Below are positions 36,570 to 44,875 of a DNA stretch of 64,000 nt, one piece after another; position 1 is the stretch's first letter; every line of letters begins with the position of its first letter. The notes beneath the pieces are model-generated. The model did not search any database, was not told the origin of the DNA, and worked only from the letters and a program-made list of their open reading frames with translations. The DNA is from a virus. The stretch lies in the UHGV virus genome UHGV-1378817, one strand, 5' to 3'. A program made the translations under genes and the position numbers.

Positions 36570-36956
36570 TTATTCACCAAGAGTCTGGACGTGAACTTTG
36601 TTACCTAAAGCTTCCAACTTATCCAGAATTCTTTGGTCTGCTTTAGCTCCATCTGCACCTAACAGCATGTCTTTTGCAAAGGTAACACCATGGACGGCAA
36701 CAACCAGGTTATAGGATTGGCCTACTTCTAACGGTTTTGCAAGATGGACCGTACCAGCATCTTTGACAAGAGCACGGTCAACAAGAACGCCGTACACATC
36801 AGAACCGTCTGCGTTAGCGATGGTACCAGTTTTTGTTACAACAGTGCCAGCGTGGTGATGCTCTGTCAGTGTTACCTTAATCTCTTTAAAATTGTAGCCA
36901 GCATCGCTAGAATCAACTTTGCCGAGCACGATATCAGAATATTGAGCGGTAATCAT
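36570..36956 (-). CDS. head decoration-like protein (128 aa)
   Basis: Small Gly/Val/Ala-rich ORF between scaffold and capsid genes. Confidence 0.4.
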   Translation of the reverse strand: MITAQYSDIVLGKVDSSDAGYNFKEIKVTLTEHHHAGTVVTKTGTIANADGSDVYGVLVDRALVKDAGTVHLAKPLEVGQSYNLVVAVHGVTFAKDMLLGADGAKADQRILDKLEALGNKVHVQTLGE

Positions 36957-36976
36957 TTATTTCCCCCGTTAATGTC

Positions 36977-37954
36977 TTATTTGGTAGATTCTGCACGTGC
37001 ACGAGCAAGTGCTTTTGCAACGTTTTCAGCAAGAATTTCTTCTGCGGATTTCGCAATATCATCCACAACAGGTTCGCCATCATTACCATGTTCAGTGGTG
37101 GCAAACTCTTCTTTGGTTTTATGCACCTCTGCTTCCAGCTCTTCAATTTTTGCTTGAGCTTTCTCCAGCATAGCTACGATAGGTTCGTTAGCTTTTTCCA
37201 GCATGAAGTCAACCAGGGTTGCATGATCTTCTTCACCAACAAAGCTTAAAGCTTGAGCCTTAGTCAGCATTTTAGCTTTTTCAACTTCAACCTGGGCCTT
37301 GATGATTTCTTCAGCTTTACTCTGGGTTGCTTTCAGCTCTTCTACTTGCTTCAGCAGATCCAGATACTCTTTAGTTTTGGTTACGTCCACCGGATTCTCC
37401 TCGGTATTTGCGGATTTTGCAACATCATCCACCTCGGCAGTTTTATCCACCTCAGCAGGTTCCTGTACCGCCTTGATCAGGTTCCCTTCTTTATCGAAGA
37501 GATCAGCGGTTACTTGTTCAAAAATCTGTTGTGTTTTTAACAGGCTGTACTGATCTACCACGCTAAGCTGCTTACCTTCTTTTGCAGCTTTATGAATGGT
37601 CACGTTATCACAACGCTCTTCCAGCCATGCAATACAAGACTCTGCGTCAGCTTGCGCCCATTCCCAATCAGGATGCTCTTTAGCCCAAGCCTCCTCTTCA
37701 ATCTCAAAACCAAGCATGTGTGCAAGTGCTTTAGCATCATCATACCACATATCAAAGAAACGACGCAGGTATTCTTCAAAACTAAGCTCCACAGTAACTT
37801 GGCGAAGTGCCTTAACAATATCGTCTGTTAACTGCTCAGGCTTAAGATCACTCTTCATCAAAAGAGATACAGGTCTGTTGTTAGCGCTATAGCCTTGCGC
37901 CTTATGGCACAGGGCAATCCCCTTCTCTTTAATAGTAATCGTTTTTTCAGACAT
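36977..37954 (-). CDS. scaffolding protein (325 aa)
   Basis: Highly acidic, alpha-helical, Glu/Lys/Ala-rich sequence with coiled-coil segments; position between portal-side genes and capsid gene. Confidence 0.55.
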   Translation of the reverse strand: MSEKTITIKEKGIALCHKAQGYSANNRPVSLLMKSDLKPEQLTDDIVKALRQVTVELSFEEYLRRFFDMWYDDAKALAHMLGFEIEEEAWAKEHPDWEWAQADAESCIAWLEERCDNVTIHKAAKEGKQLSVVDQYSLLKTQQIFEQVTADLFDKEGNLIKAVQEPAEVDKTAEVDDVAKSANTEENPVDVTKTKEYLDLLKQVEELKATQSKAEEIIKAQVEVEKAKMLTKAQALSFVGEEDHATLVDFMLEKANEPIVAMLEKAQAKIEELEAEVHKTKEEFATTEHGNDGEPVVDDIAKSAEEILAENVAKALARARAESTK

Positions 37955-38385
37955 TATTCATTGCCCTCTTCTACAACACTGATCCCGAAGTTTACGTTGG
38001 TAATTTCACCAGTTTCTTCATCAACATTACCTGTTGCCTGAATGCTTAGGCCACCAACAATGCCAGCCTTCTTAGCTTCCCATAATTCAGGATTATTGTA
38101 TTTAACTTTAGCAACCCAAGAGCCAGCCTTGATGACCTGCTCAGTGCCAATTACTACAACATCAAACTCTTCTTGAATCCACGTCTTTTCAATAGTGAAA
38201 GAATCTGTAGAGGTCAAGTGAAAAAGGTTTTCAGAAACTAGGCCTGCGGCGTATGCTGCGTCCCAGTTATCTTTAGCCTTTTTGATGGTGTCTTTACTCA
38301 TCCACTCACCGTGAGCATCTTTAGTGTCAGGTTCGTAGATGATTTCGTAGGAAATCATTTCTTCCTGTGGCATCTTATTCCCCAT
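37954..38385 (-). CDS. head morphogenesis protein (possible prohead protease/assembly factor), start uncertain
   Basis: Track ORF 37954..38529 overlaps the portal gene by 89 nt; first ATG downstream of the portal stop is at 38385. Confidence 0.35.
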   Translation of the reverse strand: MGNKMPQEEMISYEIIYEPDTKDAHGEWMSKDTIKKAKDNWDAAYAAGLVSENLFHLTSTDSFTIEKTWIQEEFDVVVIGTEQVIKAGSWVAKVKYNNPELWEAKKAGIVGGLSIQATGNVDEETGEITNVNFGISVVEEGNE

Positions 38386-38440
38386 GTGGATTATTTTATC
38401 ACGCCAAAGGAGGTTTTGCAACCCCCTGTGTTGATAATTT

Positions 38441-39997
38441 TTAATTTTCCATGTTGGATATGGAATTATCTCTGGTTGATGACATCTTAGAAGTGCCGTT
38501 GCCAGTGGATCCTGCAGCCATTCCATCACCAGCCCTACTAATGTCCTGGCCCAAGAGCTTCATCAGCTCTTCCTGATCCATGTCCTCGTCAAATCTTTCA
38601 TCAAACCCGCCTACTTCAAGAATCTTATTAATTACTGCAGGAGTTTTTGGCAAGTAACCTACAGCACCGATCCTCTGGACAAACTTGGAGAAGCTCTCCA
38701 TATCCACTTCTTCAATCAGACCAGGTTTCAGTTTAGGCATATCATCATCTTCAAGGATGATACCATTCAATGCCAGAAGCTGTGGAATAAGATCTTTATT
38801 GAAGGCCTCAGTGATAATATCTATATCACGCTGAACAAAATGACCATGGATAGACTGTTTTGACTCAGACAGAGAGAAGGACCCAACGTTATCGTTACCG
38901 AGGTTAATAAAGCCAGCACCGAAACGGTCAAGAATCGCCTTCTTACGGGCATCAATCAAATCTTTAGTGGAATACTGCTTACCCATACCGTCAACCCCCT
39001 TCAGGGTCATGGAGTAAAGCTCTTTACCAGACTTATCTCTATCAGACGGAAGTATAAAGAAACTTTGCTCACCACTATGGGCGTTTGCTGCGTCAAGCAT
39101 AAGGTCTGCAACCATTCTCCCTTCCATTGAATTCGGGTCAATGCTGGCCTTGTTCAAAATATTGGAAGGAATTTTCAGCTCAAGCACACCACCAAGGTCT
39201 TTGGAACAGCCAACAACCTCAAGGTTTTCAATCAGAACTTTCTCACGGAAAGATCTGTAGCAACCTATCATCGGTGACACACCTGCAGGGTTAGATTCTG
39301 TTCCTGACAGGGTCATGAGCATAAGCTTTTTAGCAGGGATGAAAATTTCAGGCTCATTAAAGCCTTTTGAAGGCATTGCAGCAAGAGGTCCAGCCCAGCG
39401 TGCATTCTGAGTGTTTAGAAATGCATTAGGTGATTGATAAATACCTGTCAGTGTTCTACTATTCTTGTCAAAGACAAACGGCTCTGATCTGGACAAACTG
39501 GCCTGAGGTCGGAATGCAATTTTATCAATAAGAAGCATCCCGGTATATTTACCTTCTTTCTCTCTGCGGTATACTTTCTCAAACAGTGAAAAACCATACT
39601 CGTTAAAGGTAGCTGCGCTTCTTGCAATATCTCGAAGAGTTTGTTGGTTTGCCAAATTACGCAAAGAATACTCTATAAGCTCTGCAGCTTTCTTAGAGTC
39701 TTCACTTTTAACATTATAAAGGATCTTAAAATCATTGAATGCTTTCGTGATGAAAACATATTTTGTATCTAAGGCAGTAGCAACTGTGGAATCACATTTC
39801 ATAGTCTCCACTGTGGCAATCAGCTGAGGCCAACGCAATTCCTCAACCATCATAGATTGCGATTCTGCCATAATTTGGGAAAGTGCGCCAGAACCGATCT
39901 CACTCATACGAACATTATGAGTTGGTGCGCCTGCGTTCCCAGATTTATTCACAGTTTTGGCTGTGGCGTTGTGTTTCCTGCGGTTCTTTTTGGACAC
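38441..39997 (-). CDS. portal protein (518 aa)
   Basis: Approx 500-aa ORF immediately downstream of large terminase; basic N-terminus, acidic C-terminus. Confidence 0.65.
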   Translation of the reverse strand: MSKKNRRKHNATAKTVNKSGNAGAPTHNVRMSEIGSGALSQIMAESQSMMVEELRWPQLIATVETMKCDSTVATALDTKYVFITKAFNDFKILYNVKSEDSKKAAELIEYSLRNLANQQTLRDIARSAATFNEYGFSLFEKVYRREKEGKYTGMLLIDKIAFRPQASLSRSEPFVFDKNSRTLTGIYQSPNAFLNTQNARWAGPLAAMPSKGFNEPEIFIPAKKLMLMTLSGTESNPAGVSPMIGCYRSFREKVLIENLEVVGCSKDLGGVLELKIPSNILNKASIDPNSMEGRMVADLMLDAANAHSGEQSFFILPSDRDKSGKELYSMTLKGVDGMGKQYSTKDLIDARKKAILDRFGAGFINLGNDNVGSFSLSESKQSIHGHFVQRDIDIITEAFNKDLIPQLLALNGIILEDDDMPKLKPGLIEEVDMESFSKFVQRIGAVGYLPKTPAVINKILEVGGFDERFDEDMDQEELMKLLGQDISRAGDGMAAGSTGNGTSKMSSTRDNSISNMEN

Positions 39998-40099
39998 AAG
40001 CTTTACCCCTCAAAACAGTATAACAAAATAGCCCTCGTGTTAGAGGGCTAGTATCTCCGATTACTCTATTCTACCACATCTAATTAAGATTGGCAACAC

Positions 40100-41647
40100 T
40101 TAGATAAAACGCTTGAACATAGAAGGTGATGAGATTGATGGAATCACACAAGGAAGTGCTACCTCCTCTTTCTCCAGGAAATTAATCGCAGAAGCTACAC
40201 AGTCGGCCCAGTCGTCTTTTCTATTAAATGTTGATCTTTCCCCGTTGAATTTTTCAAGTTCAGTCAGAAATGCTTCCAGAGTATCAGGATGGAAACTGGA
40301 TTTTACAATCCTCACCATTCCTTGTTGGGCAAGATTGGCAAAAGGTGAGAACCTTGTCAGTTTAGATTTGTTGGAAGGCATTGGGTCTTCTTCAACCCTA
40401 AACCCTTCGGCGAGCAAGGATCTAGAGGAGGTTAAGAACTCACTCTTACCTGCCTGACCTGGGTCCACAGAGAAGACGATTATGCAATCATCACCATCAA
40501 ACTGCGCCTGTTTCCTGATGATCACATCTCGTTCACCAGCCTTTTTACAGAACTTGCCTTCCAGACCTGTGGAATACCTCCCGTCATCCACGTTCTCAGG
40601 ACAATAATCACCGGACAGGTAATAAAAGCCGTCGCTATCTTTACTTACCTTAACACTGGCGGTAAAGTCAGGAAACTTATTACCAGAAGTTCTCTCGGTT
40701 CCTGCCTTATCCCATGCCCTACAAGATACTGATCCAAGGGGCACTCTGTCGGCATCACGAAGGAAAGATCTTTGAAAATAGTTTGCACCCTCAGGCTTTG
40801 CAAACCAGTTACCATGGAGAAGCTGAGCTTTTTCAAGCTCGGGCAGACCTTCAAGGAAAGCAAGGTATTCTGGGTTGTCTCTTAAGCAGACAGGATTATC
40901 GAATATTGTTGCGCCTATAAACGAGAATGACAACGGTCTTGGCTTGATCTCCACACCCAGTCCGTTAACCGTGGTGTATTTCTCTATCAACTCTTCTTTA
41001 GAGTCTCCCCAGATAAATTCACCGTCGCGTCGGATAAAATATCTTTTCTTACCACATTTCTCCGGATCTGGATACCCTTCATCGTCCAACCACCATCTAA
41101 CCAGTTTGGCAAGCATGTGTTCTGAATCGGGGTTACAGCTGATAACCATTCTTGATGGATACTTTGACTGAGATCGCAGACGAGACATCAGATAGTCTAT
41201 CTGCTCCCATTCGAACTGCGTGCCCTCATCGAAGCAAACCATGGTATACTCAAGCCCTTGATGGTTAAGCTTATCTTGTACATACTCCATGTGGCAGTAT
41301 TTTACAACAGCTCCCTTTTTGCTTCTATCCCACTTGCCAGTGTTCGGATCAAACCGTGGAAAAATGAACTTATGATCCTTCTCTCTGAACTTTGGCTTAA
41401 TGTTTTCAGGCAGATCACTATAAATAGCTACTGCTTTAGGCCATAGTCCACCCTCACCTTCCAACTGTGGGGTTGTTCTTCGGAACATAACCACAGAGCT
41501 GTGGGGGTCATCAATAATTTTAAGTGGCATCAATTGCAAGAGGAACGACTTGCCAGACCCTGCGGCACCGCCGATTACCAAAATATCTGCATCGTTTTCG
41601 AGGATCATCTTCTGCTTTTCAGAACACGGTCCGTAAATCTTAGACAT
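40100..41647 (-). CDS. terL: terminase large subunit
   Basis: Walker A GGAAGSGKS near N-terminus (ILVIGGAAGSGKSFLLQ); 515 aa; followed by portal gene. Confidence 0.75.
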   Translation of the reverse strand: MSKIYGPCSEKQKMILENDADILVIGGAAGSGKSFLLQLMPLKIIDDPHSSVVMFRRTTPQLEGEGGLWPKAVAIYSDLPENIKPKFREKDHKFIFPRFDPNTGKWDRSKKGAVVKYCHMEYVQDKLNHQGLEYTMVCFDEGTQFEWEQIDYLMSRLRSQSKYPSRMVISCNPDSEHMLAKLVRWWLDDEGYPDPEKCGKKRYFIRRDGEFIWGDSKEELIEKYTTVNGLGVEIKPRPLSFSFIGATIFDNPVCLRDNPEYLAFLEGLPELEKAQLLHGNWFAKPEGANYFQRSFLRDADRVPLGSVSCRAWDKAGTERTSGNKFPDFTASVKVSKDSDGFYYLSGDYCPENVDDGRYSTGLEGKFCKKAGERDVIIRKQAQFDGDDCIIVFSVDPGQAGKSEFLTSSRSLLAEGFRVEEDPMPSNKSKLTRFSPFANLAQQGMVRIVKSSFHPDTLEAFLTELEKFNGERSTFNRKDDWADCVASAINFLEKEEVALPCVIPSISSPSMFKRFI

Positions 41648-41934
41648 TAACCTCTCTCCTTTGGAAACAGTGTTCTAATATAGTCTTGCAAAATGATCAA
41701 TTTAGCTCTATCATTGCTACAAGACAGATTATTATCCCTCATAATGCCAGAATTCACTGCATCTGGAGCACCTTTCTTCAAAGGCATAGCTTTAGCAGGT
41801 GGTTTCATGGCACCTTCCGGGGGTTTAACAATCAACCTTCCTACATCCGGAGGGTCAATCTTGTATTCTCTCTCAACGCTGGTTGCACACCCACATAATA
41901 ACAAGCACACAATAAACAGTGTAGCAACTCTCAT
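41647..41934 (-). CDS. outer-membrane spanin (Rz1-like lipoprotein)
   Basis: Signal peptide with Cys-containing lipobox-like LLLCGC; Pro-rich mature part; 4-nt overlap with upstream i-spanin-like gene. Confidence 0.55.
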   Translation of the reverse strand: MRVATLFIVCLLLCGCATSVEREYKIDPPDVGRLIVKPPEGAMKPPAKAMPLKKGAPDAVNSGIMRDNNLSCSNDRAKLIILQDYIRTLFPKERG

Positions 41935-42329
41935 CGATCCTCCTGATTGATACTCTCATTATAAATATCTATAAGCTGATCAGGGAGTGTTGACTTCTTG
42001 CCTTCAGGTGATTGGAGGTAGATAATCTGCTTTTCTTTACCTGCCCTCTCAGCCATATTTAATTTATCCTGCAGATCAGAAAGAGATTTTTCAAGGTTTT
42101 TAACCTCCTCTGCGTGGCCCATTTTAATTTTGTCGGCCTGCTTTTGTTGCTGATCAAGGATCCGTTCCCACTTTAACTCTGTTGCTGACACACCCTCTTG
42201 GTAGGCATCATTAAGCTTGGAGTTAAACCAATACACGGCCCCAAGATAAGCTGTACCTATCGCAGCTGCAAAAACTAAACCTTTTATGATCCCTCTATAC
42301 CTACTCAGCCATGTTAAAACTGAAATCAT
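41931..42329 (-). CDS. inner-membrane spanin (Rz-like)
   Basis: N-terminal TM helix (GLVFAAAIGTAYLGAVYWF) followed by coiled-coil periplasmic domain; paired with overlapping lipoprotein gene. Confidence 0.5.
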   Translation of the reverse strand: MISVLTWLSRYRGIIKGLVFAAAIGTAYLGAVYWFNSKLNDAYQEGVSATELKWERILDQQQKQADKIKMGHAEEVKNLEKSLSDLQDKLNMAERAGKEKQIIYLQSPEGKKSTLPDQLIDIYNESINQEDR

Positions 42330-42345
42330 TTTAAGGCTCCAGAAA

Positions 42346-42380
42346 CGAAAAAACCCCGCAGCTATACAGCTAACGGGGCG
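42346..42380 (-). terminator. candidate intrinsic terminator
   Basis: Minus transcript stem CCCCG/CGGGG with 15-nt loop followed by UUUUUUUCGUUUCUGG. Confidence 0.4.
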
Positions 42381-42434
42381 GGTTAAAATTGAGTAACCTA
42401 AATAGATCGAAACTAACTAAAAGGAGACTAATAC

Positions 42435-42704
42435 TTATCGAGGCACTCGGTGGATGATTCTAACAGTAACTGCATTTTCATTCATCAAGTATGCATCTAC
42501 ATCTCTGTAAATATAAAACTTCTGCTCACTATCAACAACACAAGCTACCGCCCCTTCAGAGTTGTCTTCAAAAAAGACCACCACTGCATCGCAGCTGAGT
42601 TCATGATATGACTCTCGAAGATTTACAGCCAGAGGATTGAAATCGTCACGAAAATCTACGGTATGGGTTGGATTTACACGCTCTACAATTTTAAGTGTAT
42701 ACAT
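42435..42704 (-). CDS. hypothetical protein (90 aa), start revised
   Basis: Track ORF 42435..42794 would overlap tRNA-Pro; internal ATG at 42704 has AAGGAA SD 8 nt upstream. Confidence 0.4.
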   Translation of the reverse strand: MYTLKIVERVNPTHTVDFRDDFNPLAVNLRESYHELSCDAVVVFFEDNSEGAVACVVDSEQKFYIYRDVDAYLMNENAVTVRIIHRVPR

Positions 42705-42750
42705 TTTAAAGGTTCCTTTTGTTTGTATATGTTTAAAGTATAACTGAAAG

Positions 42751-42827
42751 TGGTCTCCACGGAGTGATTCGAACACTCGACCTCCTGATCCCAAATCAGG
42801 CGCTCTACCAAGCTGAGCTACGCGGAG
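42751..42827 (-). tRNA. tRNA-Pro (anticodon UGG)
   Basis: Hand-folded cloverleaf: acceptor CUCCGCG/CGUGGAG (one G-U), D-arm GCUC..GAGC, anticodon loop UUUGGGA, T-arm GAGUG-UUCGAAU-CACUC, encoded CCA. Confidence 0.8.
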
Positions 42828-42838
42828 TATTTATTATT

Positions 42839-42913
42839 TGGTGGCCCTGGGTGGAATTGAACCACCGTCTGGCGATTATGAGTCGCTTGCTTGAACCTTC
42901 CAGCTACAGGGCC
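42839..42913 (-). tRNA. tRNA-Met (anticodon CAU; elongator Met or Ile2, G1-C72 paired)
   Basis: Acceptor GGCCCUG/CAGGGCC perfect, anticodon loop CUCAUAA, T-arm GGUGG-UUCAAUU-CCACC, encoded CCA. Confidence 0.75.
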
Positions 42914-42914
42914 A

Positions 42915-42990
42915 TGGTGCTGATAGCAGGACTCGAACCTGCAACCTATTGATTACAAATCAATTGCACTACCAATTGTGCTACATCAGC
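42915..42990 (-). tRNA. tRNA-Thr (anticodon UGU)
   Basis: Acceptor GCUGAUG/UAUCAGC (one G-U), D-arm GCAC..GUGC, anticodon loop UUUGUAA, T-arm GCAGG-UUCGAGU-CCUGC, encoded CCA. Confidence 0.8.
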
Positions 42991-42995
42991 AAAAA

Positions 42996-43094
42996 GGTGC
43001 TAGGTGATGGAATCGAACCACCTATGTATTCAACGACTACCTCGTCTATTTTCAGGATTAAAAATCCTCGCCCTTGCCAAAGGGCTTACCTAGC
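42996..43094 (-). ncRNA. atypical tRNA-like gene (98 nt), possible pseudo/variant tRNA with UUU anticodon-like loop
   Basis: Perfect 7-bp acceptor GCUAGGU/ACCUAGC, D-arm GCCC-UUUGGCAA-GGGC, T-arm GGUGG-UUCGAUU-CCAUC, but 3' end is CC not CCA and there is a 30-nt extra region between anticodon and T arms. Confidence 0.35.
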
Positions 43095-43100
43095 TCAGTA

Positions 43101-43189
43101 TGTTGACCATGTTGCTAGTCGGCGATGACGACTGTAACATTTGATAATCCGGTTCTGCTTCCGGCTTTCGCTTAATTACAAGGTCAACA
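43101..43189. ncRNA. candidate structured RNA element inside tRNA cluster
   Basis: 8-bp terminal helix UGUUGACC...GGUCAACA encloses about 72 nt with two internal hairpins (AGUCG/CGACU and CCGG/CCGG); does not fold as a canonical tRNA by hand. Confidence 0.2.
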
Positions 43190-43192
43190 ATA

Positions 43193-43283
43193 TGGCTGAG
43201 GGTAATGGAATCGAACCATCATCGAGTCATCCTCAACGGGACGGTTTTCAAGACCGCTTGAGCACCATTGCTCCCTACCCTCA
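43193..43283 (-). tRNA. tRNA-Ser (anticodon UGA), type II
   Basis: 91 nt; acceptor UGAGGGU/ACCCUCA, anticodon stem GCGGU/ACCGU with loop CUUGAAA, long variable arm, T-arm GAUGG-UUCGAUU-CCAUU, discriminator G, encoded CCA. Confidence 0.7.
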
Positions 43284-43397
43284 TTTATAAACAATACTGA
43301 TAATGACACTGATTTTCGAGCAGTTAGTGACTAGTATAAACGACGATAAATATCAATGCCATTATCTGTATGATTTATGCATTTAAAACTATAAATT

Positions 43398-43484
43398 TGG
43401 TGGGGAGTGGTGGAGTCGAACCACCCGAGTCGCAATGACAATAGATTTACAGTCTACACCGCTACCTCTACGGGATAACTCCCC
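43398..43484 (-). tRNA. tRNA-Tyr (anticodon GUA), type II
   Basis: 87 nt; acceptor GGGGAGU/ACUCCCC, anticodon arm GUAGA-CUGUAAA-UCUAU, long variable arm, T-arm GGUGG-UUCGACU-CCACC, encoded CCA. Confidence 0.8.
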
Positions 43485-43488
43485 AATT

Positions 43489-43563
43489 TGGCACCCCGTA
43501 CTGGACTCGAACCAGTGTCAACGGCTTAGAAGGCCGCTGCTTTATCCACTAAGCTAACAGGGC
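43489..43563 (-). tRNA. tRNA-Arg (anticodon UCU)
   Basis: Acceptor GCCCUGU/ACGGGGU (two G-U), D-arm GCUU..AAGC, anticodon arm GCGGC-CUUCUAA-GCCGU, T-arm CUGG-UUCGAGU-CCAG, encoded CCA. Confidence 0.75.
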
Positions 43564-43621
43564 ACTGGGTGGCTTTCTTTTACACCTTAGCCGCCAGAAA
43601 AGGTGGGAGACCATGTTTACA

Positions 43622-43650
43622 ATATTACACTGTTAAGCAAAGTTTGTCAA
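43622..43650 (-). promoter_or_regulatory. near-consensus sigma70-type promoter for the tRNA cluster (TTGACA-17-TAATAT)
   Basis: Minus strand reads TTGACA AACTTTGCTTAACAGTG TAATAT; predicted start about 50 nt upstream of tRNA-Arg 5' end. Confidence 0.5.
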
Positions 43651-43659
43651 GAAAATATT

Positions 43660-43998
43660 TTAGCTATTGCCAACAGGTTGTATTTCTGTGGTAAATGGCA
43701 TAAAAGGTGCTGGTTTTTCAGCCTCTTCTACTACCACCTCTTCCTCTTCACCAAACATCTCATCATATTCTTCCTGCATTCGGTCTGCCTTATCAAGAAC
43801 ATACTCTGCAATGCTTTGACGAATATTTTGTTTGGTTTTCGGGTCCAACATCAGCTCTCTTAAAACTTTGTGAGCTTCTGGAACCATCGCTATAAAAGAT
43901 TCCTTCATATCAAGGATGTTCTTCTCTAGCTGAATGGCGTTGGACTCCTCTTTCAGAGGTCTGCCTCTACGGCGACGCTTTTTAGTTGTATCCGCCAT
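43660..43998 (-). CDS. small AT-hook-type DNA-binding protein (112 aa), start revised
   Basis: ATG at 43998 with GGAGGA SD; N-terminal KKRRRRGRPLK (AT-hook-like GRP core); acidic C-terminus; track ORF extends upstream without SD. Confidence 0.45.
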   Translation of the reverse strand: MADTTKKRRRRGRPLKEESNAIQLEKNILDMKESFIAMVPEAHKVLRELMLDPKTKQNIRQSIAEYVLDKADRMQEEYDEMFGEEEEVVVEEAEKPAPFMPFTTEIQPVGNS

Positions 43999-44039
43999 GT
44001 TTCCTCCATTATCACGTGATAGGTGGATTTTATCATAGC

Positions 44040-44300
44040 AAATACTGATTGTCAAGTTCGCCGCAGGGTGGTATTCCCTGCGACTTGCCCAGCGTCCTGG
44101 ACCAGCAAGACCCAACAAGTGGGTTTTCCAGCTATACCCATTACCGCACACAGGCTCGACCTTATTACAGGTTGGCTGGGGTCACATCGTCATGTGCTGG
44201 CTGCCCCTACCATTTTAAGTGTGGTGCACTATCAAGCCCTCTAAGGGGAACTCAGCCTTCTCCGAACCCTGTTTCAAAGCATCCGGAGATAAAGCCATCA
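44040..44300. other. GC-rich non-coding island (candidate structured RNA or acquired fragment)
   Basis: Visibly GC-richer than flanking AT-rich phage DNA; local hairpin GCAGGG-UGGUAUU-CCCUGC; overlapping plus-strand ORFs lack SD/start context. Confidence 0.2.
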
Positions 44301-44346
44301 AATTCATCTTTAAATTGGATATTCATCATAATACACGAAAACAACC

Positions 44347-44589
44347 TCATTGTAAAGCACAAATAAATAAAACATACTTAATTTGTTTGTTATCAGGCTC
44401 AGGGTAGAAGTAGAAGATCTTGCTATCACCGATCTGAACACCACCATCCCAACAGCATAGCCCATAACCCGTATTCATACAAGCTAAGTCGTTGGCAAAA
44501 TCTATTGCATCATCCAGTGCACGAAATTCACCTTCATCTTCTAAATAATCCTCATTCATGGAACGAAAAACGAGCTTAACCTTAAACAT
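44347..44589 (-). CDS. hypothetical protein (80 aa)
   Basis: ORF from track; acidic, Cys-containing; no motif recognised. Confidence 0.35.
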   Translation of the reverse strand: MFKVKLVFRSMNEDYLEDEGEFRALDDAIDFANDLACMNTGYGLCCWDGGVQIGDSKIFYFYPEPDNKQIKYVLFICALQ

Positions 44590-44665
44590 AGCATTACCTG
44601 TAGACCTCGTAAGTTAAAATTGTATCACATCATATTGCAGATCTTATCAGGTAACATTATTTTTG

Positions 44666-44875
44666 TCAACAGATTCCGGCCTTATCTCGCCTGTCTGCGT
44701 ATTCTTTAATCGCAACCTCCTCGGCATGGGTGACTAAATCTTCAAAGTAACTCTCAAGCTCCTCGTCAATGTCAGGAAACCAACTCTTTTTCCTGTCAGT
44801 GTGAATCGCAGACTTGTTGAATTTATTACAGTTCTTTGCTACCGGATTGTTCATTAATCGCCCCTCAGCGTTCAT
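44666..44875 (-). CDS. hypothetical protein (69 aa)
   Basis: ORF from track, overlaps upstream gene end by 11 nt. Confidence 0.3.
   Translation of the reverse strand: MNAEGRLMNNPVAKNCNKFNKSAIHTDRKKSWFPDIDEELESYFEDLVTHAEEVAIKEYADRRDKAGIC

Noticed and set aside
42435-42794. Full-length track ORF (119 aa)
   Set aside because: Its N-terminal 30 codons would overlap tRNA-Pro; an internal ATG at 42704 with a good SD gives a non-overlapping 90-aa gene.
42839-42913. Initiator tRNA-fMet assignment for the CAU tRNA
   Set aside because: Position 1-72 is a G-C pair rather than the unpaired C1-A72 of bacterial initiators; called elongator Met or Ile2 instead.
43284-43397. Additional tRNA in the 114-nt gap between tRNA-Ser and tRNA-Tyr
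   Set aside because: AT-rich, no T-loop-like GTTCGA/TTCGA signature on either strand and no acceptor-type terminal pairing found by hand.
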